Shown here: in pieces, positions 44,177 through 57,094 of the stretch
Numbering within the stretch: the first letter of the stretch is position 1
How the letters are laid out: every line of letters starts with the position of its first letter
NCBI GenBank assembly: GCA_050084515.1
Contig: CM114271.1
Coordinates: 19,902,001-19,966,000 of the forward strand
Length of the DNA: 64,000 nt
Source of the DNA: Blasia pusilla
Taxonomy: Eukaryota
Direction: 5' to 3'
Program-made: the position numbers and the translations under genes
The notes under the pieces: generated by a model
Database searches by the model: none
What the model was told of the DNA's origin: nothing
The model's input: the letters and a program-made list of their open reading frames with translations, nothing else

Positions 44177-47100
44177 ATTTCTAATTTTTTAATGGAAATA
44201 TTTTTGCAAGCATGAAATTAAACCCAATTTTTTTCTAAAACAATTGCAAGTTGTTCGCAAGTTGGATTTACAATCTGCTCTCATTGCAACCCCTAAACTG
44301 AAAAATTTTCCAATCCGATGCAAGTTTTTTGCAAGCCAATTACAATGCATTTGCAAGTAGATTATGAGTGTTGTAAAACATGGCTTTCAAGTCAAATCAC
44401 TAACTATAAGTCAAATTCTCAAAGAGTAAGTGAGTATGTCAATTTTGCAAGTGTTGCTTTCGCAAAGTTACGATTGAATTAGGGCTACATTGCAAGGAAG
44501 GTACGGCTCTTGAGACTTGCAAAGTTGTTGCAAATATAGTAGTGCCACCAATTCCATGTAAAGATGAGAGTGCACCATTCTTCTTAATTGCAAAGAAAGC
44601 AATTGAAAGGAAGATTAAGAAGGCTTCATCACATGATCTATTGGATGAGCCTATAGCTTTTCCGAGTGTTTTCCTCCCACAATGCTGAGCCAAGGCTAAT
44701 CTACCATACTCCTTCAATTTACCATGTTGTATGAAGGAAATTATCTTCACATTCATGGTTCCATAGACAAAAAAAGAGGCTTATCTTCCTTTACTTATTC
44801 TAGATATTTTACACAATACTCGTCTTGTGTAAAACTCAAATTCTTTCCACTAAAAAGTACCCTAGCATGCATCTTAAATCTTTGCTTCAAGAGGCTCAAT
44901 CACATCCATGTTATCATTTTTGGAACAATCTACTTCTTCTAGATGCTTATTGGTTTGTTACCATTTTGTATGAAACCCTAAGTCTACAAGAGACTTATGT
45001 TTCTTATTAGAATTAGTGTCCATTGGGGTTGCTAAATATGTAGGATCTATAATTTTTTCCTTCAAAACACTTACAAATGTATTGATGTTGGGGTGTAAAC
45101 AAGAAGAAAATTCACTTTGAGTCAAGATGACTACATTGGTATAGAATGATACAAACAATGAAATGGAGCGAATTTTAAAATAGCACAGTTGCCAATAATC
45201 AACAATAACTATATGAGAAATTTTTTGTAGAACTGGAAAAATGGACCAAAACTAGTGACTTGCAAACTTTCAAGACAAGGTGAACAATGGGAGCATAGTT
45301 GCAAAAGTTGTTGTAGAAATGGAGCAAGTTGAAAACTAAGGGGATAAGAACAATCCTAGAAAAAAATTGGTAGACCCTCAAAATTTATCTAAGTCTTGTG
45401 CAAAAGCAATGGAGCGGAACAACAAACATTGTGGCAAAGTCTGGGAGGGACTCAAGTTCACTCAACGAGGTACACTTTGTCACTCAAGGATGTAGGTTAT
45501 ATAGGAGGAGCAAAAGCATGATCAACTATGACAAACCCTCGAAGAAACCTCAGGTCACTTAATGTGGAATTTGGTCGTACATAAAAATTTAGAAGATGCT
45601 TGTAGTTCCTGAAGTGCAAGCTCTTAAAGATTTTGTATAAATTTTTTTAAAGAAGCAACAAAGAAGAGCATACCAACAAAACTTTGCCCCGCTTGCGATT
45701 GTGATAGTATGTCGCGGAGTTTAGCATACCCAAAAAACTTATGAGAAGAACTTTAGAAGGCAAAGTAGAGACAATCACAACGGAATGGTCATAAGAGCTG
45801 CGAAGCTTGCGTGGAGCCATTGAATGAGATATAGTACTCATGCATTGTTGCGTGATTTGAATCTAGACCAAGAATGGGAGTTGCAAGAAGCAAGAGAACC
45901 TTAAGGCAACAAGAAGAGAGATGTCCAAAAAATGAGGAAAATTGGAAGGGGAGGGAGACCACCCCTCCCAACTTTCTGTGAGTCTAGTTGCGGATGAGTT
46001 GCTTATGACCCAGCCTTGACATGAAGAACGCAACCAGCGTTGCCCTCAACCCACCTGTCCTACTTTCAATGGCAAGATTGGGCCACACAAGGCCTAACTG
46101 GCCTTTAAATGCAACCCCTCCCCCATCCCCGGATTGGTCCGACCACTACCTTGTAAACTCGACTTCTTTTGGCACTTAGAAACCTTGTCGGGTAAATTAC
46201 CAACTTCTTACATCCCATGCAAGTTTTTCTACTATCGAAGTAAAATGCTCTCATCCTCCTTCTGGATTTCCCTCTATCCCAACAGTCTCCCCTCCTAAAG
46301 TTCATTTCTCTTCGCCAGAAAATACCTTGTTGGAACCAACACCCTTGATAAGGAATGCATGTTTTGTCCAAGCCTTGGTCTAACCTTCCTCTCATGGCAT
46401 TATTAGGCTTCTAGTACGAAGTTTTAGTTGGATGTTAGTGTATATGTATATGCGTATCAACAATGTACGCTATTTAATGATATATTTGTGCATCAAAGAG
46501 AATCCCTTTCATGTGTTTGTGACTTGACTATACACTAGTATTAAGGATTTGGATAAAAATCCAATCATTCATTAAAATAAATTAAAAAAAAAATCTCAAT
46601 GGGAATCCCAAGAAAAAATGCTTGAATCTTGATATGAAGATGCATGTCAAATGTAATGTCATCATCACATATACGCAAGGTGTCCTATGGGACCCTAAGC
46701 TCTCTAGGCATTACATTAGAGAAACTTGAGCTTCACCCTTCTATACCAAGTGGGATGAAGATGGAATCTACAACTAAGGATGCCCTAAAAATATCCCTTC
46801 CACTCACTTGTCAATCGGCCTCCTTGTAACATTGGCTTGGTATAAACTATGGTCCAACTCCAAAAACCTCCCACTTTAAAGGATCCAACAAGGCAAGTGC
46901 AATGAGAGCTCATGATCATTTTATTTTTTTGAAACAAAATAAAGGAATGCCCATTATACTTAACATGTGAGAGGCAATGGAAAAACCTAGTTGAAGTTCC
47001 AAAATCTTCACTTCCTAAATTGCCATATAAGAAGTTGCTCAAGCTACACGCTATATCTTTCGTCGTCTTTGAGGTGAATGGACTTTTATGGGAAGATGGT

Positions 47101-47408
47101 GTAGATCTCCACACATAAAGGAGCCATCGCAAAGGACGATAAAATTTTCCATTTGCAATAAAATGTAGATTGCATGAAGTGCCACTCTTTGATGTTAGTG
47201 TTCCGCAAACATCAAATGAATTATTGAAGATAATAAATAAAAGGGTTTCCACTATTTTATACTAGTATGGCTATATGAATTTTGTTGCAAGAGGATAGAG
47301 AGATCTTTGCTCTTGGGTTCAAACCATCTACAATTGAATATTATGTATACAATTTTTTTTCCTAAGACACCTTAATGGAATAAATTTATGTAGAATGTGA
47401 TTTTCACA

Positions 47409-47441
47409 TCCATGCATCACATGGAGTAAGTTTAAATTAGT
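47409..47441 (+). mobile_element. Degenerate Helitron-type 3' end
   Basis: Hairpin tccatgcatcacatgga followed ~11 nt later by ttag|t; looks like a deaminated version of the 56464-56492 motif. Confidence 0.4.
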
Positions 47442-47985
47442 ACCAATTGTAATCATATTTGTGTTGAGACCTTGACTTCATTTCATGGTGAGATTATCCA
47501 TTCATCTACGTACATACTAATGTTAGAGATAGGCCTCACAACAACAAACATCTCCCAATTTCTCACTTGTCCTCTTGGATGATCTCCTATTGTGATACAT
47601 GTCCCATTTAATTAGTTCGTCATGTCTAACTAAATTAGAGCAAAGGAATGTAGCAATGATAATCATTGCTAGTCTCTGCATGGCACAAGCACTCTCTAGT
47701 GTATGATTAATGGAGTACATTTTCTTGATTTATCCACGTCCTCTAATATTTGACATGTATTTAGGAAAATATCCCCATACATGGGAACCATGAGCAACCT
47801 ACTAGCTTTGAGTAATCATGTTAACTCCATGTATTGCTCCACATTTGTATTATATATGTTGGCTCTTGTCTCCATTACAACATCAACTATTCTTTCTCCA
47901 TATGGCTTGAAATTGTTAAATTGGCTTTACTAGAGCTAATAATTTGGAAACATTCCTCATATGTAAGACACCTAACTTCGTATTA

Positions 47986-48358
47986 GGGCCTTATCCCATG
48001 GGCCAGCATCGCTCACCAACGTTGGCCGTTAGACAAGATGACATTGATCTTACGGATGATATTGATCAAAATGATTTGATTTCTGCCGAAGTTGCGGAAA
48101 TTTAACGAGATCGCTGGGATTGCTCCCGCCCAAAAAAATTGGGCACGAGAAAATGCCTTCATCCTTGTGCCCTCTCAGTCGGTGAAAATTTTCAAATAAC
48201 CGGCTGCTATCTATCAAGAATTTGTTTTTCTCCTTTCACTTACGAAAATGGCAGCCTTAAACTAGATGAGAACTGCCGACCAGCCGGTTGTTTCAGCCAG
48301 AGGGTCGTTTCGTGAGATCGTCCGCAACCCCAAGAAACAGGGTCATGGGATAAGGCCC
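47986..48358. mobile_element. Tourist/PIF-Harbinger-like MITE, 373 bp
   Basis: Perfect 15-bp TIRs GGGCCTTATCCCATG / CATGGGATAAGGCCC flanked by a TTA target-site duplication (47983-47985 and 48359-48361). Confidence 0.9.
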
Positions 48359-48361
48359 TTA

Positions 48362-48594
48362 ATGGCTTGATTCCATGTGCGCTAGATCACAACGACCACA
48401 TACGGTCGCCAACTTTTACGCGCCTAAAACTTTTGGGTGTAGAATTGGCCCAACATCCTTGCGATCTTATTTAACGAAGGACCAAAATTAACGAATAGAG
48501 ACAAAAACAAATTTCTCCATAAACCGATGTATAACTTTTTGGGCACAAAAAATGGATCGCCACAACCTTCACAAGCATCCCTGGAATTGGCTCT
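48362..48594. mobile_element. Degenerate Tourist-like MITE
   Basis: Imperfect TIRs (ggcttgattccatg / ctggaattggctc) between TTA/TAA sites. The left ~90 bp is similar to the reverse complement of 57010-57094. Confidence 0.55.
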
Positions 48595-48597
48595 TAA

Positions 48598-48827
48598 GAG
48601 CCGGGTCCCCTTGGCGGGTCGTCACGACAACCTTCAAGGGTCGCCACTTTTTTTGCGTCCAAATTTGTTGGGCGCAAAATTGTCCAGAGTTGTCACGACG
48701 CTTCTCATTACGTATTTATTGAATTTGCCAAAATCATTTGTACTTTCTCGGCTTGTCCTACGGAAATACAAAATTGTCGCGGAAATAAGGTCGCCATGAC
48801 CCTACGAAGGCCCATGGGACCCGGCGC
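48598..48827. mobile_element. Tourist/PIF-Harbinger-like MITE, 230 bp
   Basis: TIRs GAGCCGGGTCCC / GGGACCCGGCGC with TAA duplication (48595-48597 and 48828-48830). Confidence 0.8.
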
Positions 48828-49273
48828 TAAGAGTTGTGAATATTCGACTCTCATAACTCACGACTCGCAACCCTAACTTTCCGGCCAAGTTTCAAAAAAC
48901 CTCCGTAAAAGGTGAGGGCCAAGAGAAGTGCAGTGGGACCACGAATGGAATATGTGTATCAGGGTTTATCAGAAACGACAAGAGTCTCGCAGTCTCCTGG
49001 CGAACGCGGATTACAGCATCGACCGGCCCCGCAATACAGAGGACGCCCAACGAAGAACCCCGCCCCGCCCAACAAAGGACGGACATGAGGCAATCGTTGA
49101 CTGCGTCTTGCACACTCAAACCCCAAATATTCAAATTAGCCTTACCATGAGTCCAGACGTTGGAGCCTTGTGGGACGACAGGCAGCGCATCCGTTCAAAG
49201 CGTTTGGAGCAAGATGCCATCGTTCTGGAGTGAAGGAGTAGTCCAAGGCGGCCATCGCACTCCACCTGACGAT

Positions 49274-49410
49274 GCGGTTTTCAAACCATGATCGAAAAGT
49301 GGGCGACTTCCAGTCAAAGCATGCGGCAAACGGATTGCGGTTTTCAAACCATGATCGAAAAGTGGGCGACTTCCAATCAAAGCATGCGGCAAACGGATGT
49401 GACTTTCAAA
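49274..49410. repeat. 63-bp tandem repeat, ~2.2 copies
   Basis: gcggttttcaaaccatgatcgaaaagtgggcgacttcca(g/a)tcaaagcatgcggcaaacggat at 49274 and 49337. Confidence 0.9.
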
Positions 49411-50451
49411 CATTCGCGTGAAGAAAGGTGCCATCGCAGTCGCACAAGGCGGCAAACTTGCGATTTCGTGGAGAGGTCGCTCAAGGACGCTTTACTTCTT
49501 TCCTGCGGTGGTTTTCAAACATTCTCGGAGTAAAGTATGCAACCGTCAGACAAACAGAGCGTAAAAGTTCAGATTACGCGGATAAGTCGTTACCAGCCTG
49601 GAATCTCCTTTGAACCTGTCCGGGTAAAGTGGTGCGCTATTCGCTGCGAAGATCTGATGAAATCTTGTGTGGACGGCCATCTCTTACGGCAACGAGCCTC
49701 CACCGAGTCCGCTCCAGAATACCCCCGGAAACTCGGCGTAAACAGCCCTCTTTTCAATGGTGTGGGGGTAATTATCAATTGTCAAGATCGACCCACTCAG
49801 ATGTGGATTGCAAAAAGATAAAACCGAGGAGTCCAAATACAGGTCTCTACAATAGGTACCATGGCATCACGAATTTGCAATGCAGGTTTGACGGAAGGAA
49901 TGAAACTCATGGTTGGATCCAAGTACTCCAATAAAATTCTGCACGATCGCCCTATTATTTCCAACCCAATTCCTTGTAAATGAATAGTGTGGCAATCAGT
50001 TCCTTTCCGCCTGTTTTAACGGCGCTCAACAGTAGTCATGAGACTTGCCCTCGTCTTCTCCACAAGATTCTTCGAGGTATCGCGCAGCATCGCTTTGTAG
50101 ATTCTTGACATAAACTTCCAGAGGGGCATGGGCTATTATCATTGATATCTTGCAAGTTCAGAACTGAAACTGCTAAGAGATCTAGGCCAAGCTTGGGGAC
50201 CTGTACCCAGCCAATCAATTTGTATAGCTGACTTCAACACCAAAAACTGAAGTGCAAGAAACCAGTTGTGTCTTATTGCAATATTGAACGTCGGGGGAGG
50301 CGTTTCATTCCCAGTGCCACTGACAACGCAGTTCGAAATATAGAATTCTTCCTGACTTTGTGACTGATTGTGAACAAATGGTGGACAACACCGATGAAAG
50401 AAAACATCAGCAACGCAGTGCCGTTACAGTGTGGCATAGGCCTAAGACTGT

Positions 50452-53400
50452 CTACCTTAAAGCTGCCACAGCCTTTTCCGCAGCATCATCAAGGTCTTCA
50501 GCAGTGATAATCGTCATGCCACTTTCCTGCCAAACCACCACAGTGACATCCCACTGTCTAGTGAGTATTTCACCCTCTAAGAAAATCAATGAGAGACACA
50601 AGAGGTGCATCATAAGGAATGGTTCTGCAATTGAAATTCTCATGGGAAACCACCTTTAGAATAGTCTTGCCCAGGTCCACATTCGTTCCTTCCAATCGAA
50701 CTATAAGCGGTACTCTTAAAGACACCTGCGACAAAATAAACAATATCCTGGTTCTTCAGTAATACCACAGATGTCTATTCTCCATGACATTTACCACCAA
50801 AGTGCATATGGCCCTAAATCACTGCAACAACTCTCTACATGACATGACTGGCCACGAAAGTAAAACATTGACCCACTGACTGCCTTGTTACAGAACAAAA
50901 CAGACCTCCGCACCTCTTTTGCAGCATTAACGATGCCACTCGCGATCACATCACATTTCATGATACCCCCAAAAATATTCACCAAGATAGCTTTCACTTT
51001 ACTATCTGATGTGAGGATTTTGAATGCCTCCACAACCTGGAGAAGACAACTCCAAAATTTAAAGTTCAGATTCAGGCAATCTGATTGTTACTTCTATTCC
51101 TGTTGGGCTGCTTCTTGAACTACATACAAACAGCTCCTCATGCCAGACATACATACAAACTTATCCCATCAACAACTCGTGCAAATTACTTCATCACTTG
51201 CAATCTAGCCTCCGAGACATTGGACAGTGAAGAACCAAAGATTTTTCTGTGAAGTGTAGGCCATGCCAATAGATAACCATTTTCAAGTACCAATACATTG
51301 TTGAGATAGTGTTACATTGCTGAAGAAGAATGGGTTATTCTTCTTGTGCATGATGCAGCTGAACTTGGCGAAAGATGCTGTACACGTTCTCTATGACTAT
51401 ACCTGTTTTTCAGAGGCGTTGCCGCCAACATCAAGAAAATTCGCAGGTGTCCCGCCATGCAACTGGATGATGTCCATGGTAGCCATGGCAAGTCCTGCTC
51501 CATTGACCATGCACCCAATTTCCCCGAACAAGCCAATATAGTTCAAGTCTGCAGCTGCGGCAGCCACCTGTCCTACACGGAACCAGAGAGTGAATCCAAA
51601 GTTGAGGCTGGCTTCGACCAAACCACAAGTACCTTAACTCTCCATGATACAGCTAGCATCAGAAACAGGACGTGACGACCCACACACATGTCCATTTCAG
51701 ACTTCCTTAAAAGACCTCAAGCCGCCAGTGAAGGCATCTTCTCTGATCCATCCCTCCTGTCATCTATGTTTATATTATCATCAGCATTGGATCTTAAGGG
51801 AGGTTTAATACTGCAAGAACGCCACACAAAATTGTCTTTCCACAGTCTGAATTGTATTCGTCTATTTTCCATTGTTGAGATTTTTTTCTGGCAATCTTCC
51901 ATTCCCAGAAATTCCTACTTTTGTCGGAATTATTCTTTTCTGTTTCAAACCGCCAGAACTTTTCCTGTCCTCCTTTTGAATTCTTCTTCTCTGTTTCCTC
52001 ATTGAAGAAATTTATCCTTGTTACAAATTCTTCTCTCTGCATCACTCGCAATTCAAACTAGTGACCGTGAAAAGATTAGCAAACCAAAGAAAGTAGCAAT
52101 GGTTCGAACCTCTCGCGGGTCCTCCTGTGATTTGTCACGAAGGGCAAAGATTTCCTTTTGGCGGTATGCAGCATTGTCATCAAAGTTGAGTTTGGCATCA
52201 GCAGCTACCATTTTTCCCTCGGCTGTTTCTGCTAACGGATTGATCTGCTCCATACATGGCATCACTATTATTAGAGATTGCCTCCTGCAGTCAGGAAGCT
52301 CTCAATAAAGTACTTAAGAGAAAGTTGGATATACCACTACTATGTTACAAACTGTTGATGGATTCTAAGACATACATATTTAAAAGGTCACTGCTAAATA
52401 CCATAAACCATAGAAAAAAATGGACATGACAATTAGATAGTTCCAACTACTTACGGCAGAATTCTAGAGTGTCCAAAAAAAGAATGCTGATAGTCCACCA
52501 GTTTAAACCATGTTTAACCCTGAGAAACCTATGGTACCAAGTTATGAAGACCAATATTCGAAATGATGAAAACCATAGCTCTCACACAAGAATGCAACAG
52601 ATGATGATTTATGATAGGTGAATTACTGAGACAAAACATCGGTCAACGATTCTGTGGCTGGAAGCCTACTTCAACAAGAGTACAATCTGACTTGGTGAAC
52701 AATGAGTAGATCTTCTTGACTTGCTCCATGCATTCCTCCTTATTCGCCCTCTTTGGATCCAAGCCTTCCACCACTCTTGCAGCCTCTTCATCCGTGATGC
52801 CGGTATTGATGTTAACTGCAACCTACATGATGAGCCATCACCCCAAGTTGACTTTCAAAAATTTCAAGAGAACAATCAGACTTTTTGTCCCATTTTCAAA
52901 TTCCTTGTTACGTATTTATCACATTCATATGCACCCTTATTGGATCAATCAAACTCCACTTGATAACCTACAGCAAGTGACAGCAAGTCACACCTTGATG
53001 ATCATATGGGGGTACTTCTCAGCAAGATCTTCGATACTGGTACCACCCTTGCTACATGCAATGATGACCTGCATAAAACCCATCCAGTATCACTTCAGGA
53101 TCCAGTAATCCACAGCAGTTTTCTGTCAACACCGAGTACGTAGGCCATCAGGTAAAAGAAAATGAATAAACTGCAGCCTCCAATATATTCCAGAAACCAA
53201 AACAATAATAAGTGGTCGTAAGAGACAATGCCAATCTGGAGTGACTTACAGGGCCTGCACTGGCTCGATCAAGGGCTATTGCAAAATACATCTCATTCAC
53301 AAGGTTCAGTTTCTCGCAAAGGAAAACCTGCAGTCAGATATAATACATTAGATATACCAATTATTTCATCTACCGCATGCCCACTGAAAAAAGGAATGTA

Positions 53401-55536
53401 GACAAAGCACAAGTGATTTGGTTATCATTTAAAAGACATAATAGTATAATCCAATTTGGCACGATGAATCCTGCAGATCAAGAACTCTGGACTTGGAACT
53501 CATGGACACTGCATCCTAGAAGACGTTTTGATGTACACAGCATACGATGACAGTCACTAGGAACACACTAACCAGAAGCCATGACTATATTTGATCAAAT
53601 ATCATAATTCTATACATTAGTCTAAAGGGTTACATTTGTCCAAACGCAGTAGAAAAACCAGAAACCACCCCATATTCAAAAGCAGAGTCACTAGGTTGAT
53701 AACGACAGAGAGAATGGAAAAATCAAGACGACTGAGTTGTAAAACTAGACCTTGTTGACAGGCTTGCCCTCTGCTCCTGTTTGCTTGGTCACCAGAATTT
53801 GCCCCAGCATCTTTTCTGAAAGACTTCAAGATTCAGGTAACTCACAATTCATAATTTAAACACAAATCAGCAGACACTTGAACAATCCACCATCCACCAC
53901 AGGAATGACCTGCTATGTAGAACCTCAACGAAACTAATCCGATTGGGTTCAACCCAAACCAAAGACAAGACAGAAGAACTAAAGGAAGTCAACTAAAAGG
54001 TCCACAATAAACAGAGGTGATCAAGAGAATTTTCCAATCAAAAACCAATCTATATTTTAACAACACCCTTACCTGCAAGCTCTTCAACTTGAGATGTCTT
54101 CACAATATGTACCCCACCCTTGAGTCCATTCTTGAAAGTTCCCAAACCTCGTCCACCAGCCAAGACTTGACTTTTGACCACTAACTAGATCATCCAAGAC
54201 GGGAGAGTCTACTGTAAGTATCTCATGTATGTGATTGTCCACAAATCTAATCAACGAAAACCCAGCACGGTACAAATTTTGGTCCTTGATGAGTTGTATT
54301 GGCACTGAAGAGAGTCTCTTGACTATGTCTTGTAATTTCCAGTAGCAATATGTATGATGCACGCACTAAGATTGAGGTCACAAACCTCAGCCTCGTTGGG
54401 AAAATTTCTCTTGATGGCCTCTGCAATTTCTGTACTCGAGGAAACAACCACACCTTTTGGAACGTTCACTCCAAATTTGCTCATGAGACTAGCTCCCTGC
54501 ATCACAAAGTACATAATATTAGGTCCAGCTGTCGGAGCAGCCACACGAAAAAAAGTCATCATGCGTTTCAAAGCTTAGTTAATTACCGCGCTCCAGCTCC
54601 CCTAAAGAAACGTCATGGAAAATGTAGTAATAGAGGACATCCTCGGTCTAATGTGCCCCAATGCAGTAATTTCCGTAGGTAATATTTTATTCAGTAATCG
54701 AGAACCGAAGCTTTAATAGAATTGCGTGCGATACAGGTGAAATGCATCAGAAAGGGATTCCTAATCGCCCATGCGAGAGACCTACCTAGATCGGAAACAT
54801 CACGAACCGTAGACGTTTCTCTTTCTAATTTCAACACGAGTTTAAACCGAAAAAGAATCAATAAACGATTCTATCACTGTCATCGGAGGCAAAGAACGCC
54901 CAATTTTCTGGGACGGGAAAAAATAGCAGTAGAGCCCATTTGATTGTGTTAGGGGTTGGAGAGACGATTTCCCATTCGGCCATTCAAGCAGACCAGACCG
55001 TGGTCACTATGGTCAAATGCACTGACGCGGGAGGGATATTACAAACTCTAAAAAAAAAAACGAGACCGCCCTGCTGGGAAACCTTGTACAATGTGAAGAA
55101 AGAAAATTTCCTAGCGCACGATACCATCAGACAAAGCGATTGATAAGTCCTCACAAGGGCCACCACTGCTGAAGAAGTAGAACCTAAGACGCTTGTCAAA
55201 ACTATGTCGAAAAACGCTGAATTAAACCTAATTTAATGACCAAGAATCCCGAGATTGCACTTCCACTGCGACAGCTTTGATCATTCTGGAAAGCCCATGT
55301 CTCACAGCATGGAAATCTGGAGATCCTAAGTTGTGCTGACGACGATCGGCTACGTACGGCAGACTCCATGGGAAGGTGGCATTCACCTGATATTCATGAA
55401 TATTAAGATTCCGAACTTGCTGCTCCCATGCATTGTGACCTTCAACACCTGCCAACGAACCAGGAGATCCACAGATGGCAGATCCGAGCGACTTCCTAGC
55501 GCGAAGGGCCAGTCTAGCAGCCGTTCCTCGCGCCAT
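50452..55536 (-). CDS. sucC: Succinyl-CoA ligase beta subunit, mitochondrial; 12 coding exons
   Basis: Exons (minus strand): 55536-55387, 54496-54386, 54184-54073, 53815-53751, 53327-53250, 53068-52994, 52822-52670, 52244-52110, 51567-51403, 51036-50914, 50725-50654, 50526-50452. Arg/Ala/Ser-rich presequence, then [73 protein letters not shown]. Confidence 0.97.
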
Positions 55537-56006
55537 GGCACCAACTCGTAAAGCCTCTAGATGCCGCCGATCTAATGAGGCAGCGAATTAGAACACGAGC
55601 AAAATAGACCAACGACCTCCAAATCGACGCCCGGCCTACACGCAAACTCTCGCGAAACGCAAGAACATTCCAAGTCACAGCACAAGCTACCGGTGCACCA
55701 CCCCCGGATACGATCGATCGCGCTCCTATACTCTTTTCCACGCGCAGAAACCGAATTCCTGTTCGAGCTGGGCCAATTGATCCTGCTCTCCTAGACTGAT
55801 GCTGCGAATTCTGAGCACGGGGAAAGGAGGGAGGGAGGAGCGGGCCAGAGTTCCTATTCCGATGCCGGCTCTTCCCAGAGAGTTCAGATTCGCGATGCTC
55901 GAGGGATATGCAATGAGAGCCGCCGAATATAAGATCCAACGGTCAAAGGATACCGACTCACCGTCGGAACTTGGAAGCATATTTCTTATGCTTTTTTTTT
56001 TAGCAA

Positions 56007-56043
56007 CTAGTTAATGCCCATATATGCCCTCCGTGCATATACG
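56007..56043 (-). mobile_element. Helitron-type 3' end (minus strand)
   Basis: The minus strand reads cgtatatgc-acggagg-gcatatatg (hairpin), then ggcattaa, then CTAG|t. Confidence 0.5.
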
Positions 56044-56463
56044 CCCCCCCTCTGAAATACGTAGTGATGTGTAGGGTTTCTTTGCATTTGCAAATTATAG
56101 AATAGATAAAGGTGTGACTCCCGTGGAATAAGGAATAGGAATAAAAAAAAAATTAGTAAAATTATATATTTTTAATCTACATCACTATGGGAATGTGCTT
56201 TCTTGATTTGCAAACATCTCTCCGTTTAACATGTGGCGAATGAGTTGCAAGAAAAATATTTTCCATTCGATGGGCAGAAAAAAAATTTGTGTACATTATG
56301 ATTAGTCCCTACACTCCGGTGTATAGGATTAGAGGAAACCCTTTTCAAATGTTGACACATATCTTTTTAAGACCCTTCTATTGTTGACACATGTTATTTT
56401 GAGACTCTTCTATTGTTAATGGAAATCATTTAAAAGTAATTAAATTAAGGGGAAAATTTATCA

Positions 56464-56491
56464 CCCATGCATCGCACAGGCAACATACTAG
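56464..56491 (+). mobile_element. Helitron-type 3' end
   Basis: cccatgcatcgcacagg hairpin (close to the plant Helitron CCCGTGCAxCGCACGGG), 7-nt spacer, then CTAG|t. Confidence 0.6.
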
Positions 56492-57009
56492 TTATCATAG
56501 TAGGGGTTGAGGCATACACTGGTAAGGACTTACCCTGCCGGGTTATGTCAAAGGATTCATATTGTGACTGCTTTTAAGATCCCCTAGTTCAGTATCCAAA
56601 CGCTTGTTGCCAATCGAGGTTTGGTGAGGTTTAGTGAGAAGTGCAAACTCGTGGACGAAGGGTCTCACCTCTTTTTCGTTAGAATTTTTATGGCAAAAAA
56701 AGTATTACAACTCGGCCCTAAGGATAACAGGGTCACGCCAATCCCAATGAAATCAAATCCTGAACTAGAGCACAAATTCAGTAAGTGTTTCATGGGGTTG
56801 ACTGCAAGGGAAGGTAACGTTGCCATACAGAAATAAAAAAAATTTCCAATGGATAATAGAAAAATGTACGGCCCTTACAAGTATTCGTAGTTTTTTTTCT
56901 CACCAACTAGGTTATCCTCTTGTATATTAATGACTTTCTTCCCCCACCCCTCTCAAAGGGCCGCACATTGGATTTAATATGAAGCTAGTAAGGTCACCGC
57001 AACAATGGA

Positions 57010-57094
57010 CATTTTCTCCACCCATGAGTTTTGGGCACGTAAAATTCTGCAACCCCCTAGCATCGTTGCGACCTAGCACGCATGGTATCAAGCC
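57010..57094. mobile_element. Terminal fragment of a Tourist-like MITE, same family as 48362-48594
   Basis: Ends catggtatcaagcc|tta; its reverse complement aligns by eye with 48364-48450. Confidence 0.55.

Noticed and set aside
44400-47400. Possible DNA-transposon coding remnants in AT-rich DNA (also 57400-59200)
   Set aside because: No catalytic motifs are recognisable by eye, so no family can be assigned without a search.
48362-57094. Inverted MITE-like ends bracketing the succinyl-CoA ligase gene as one large gene-capturing transposon
   Set aside because: The left copy has its own degenerate right end at about 48594, the two ends are clearly diverged, and the gene is an intact housekeeping locus. 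Independent insertions are the simpler explanation.
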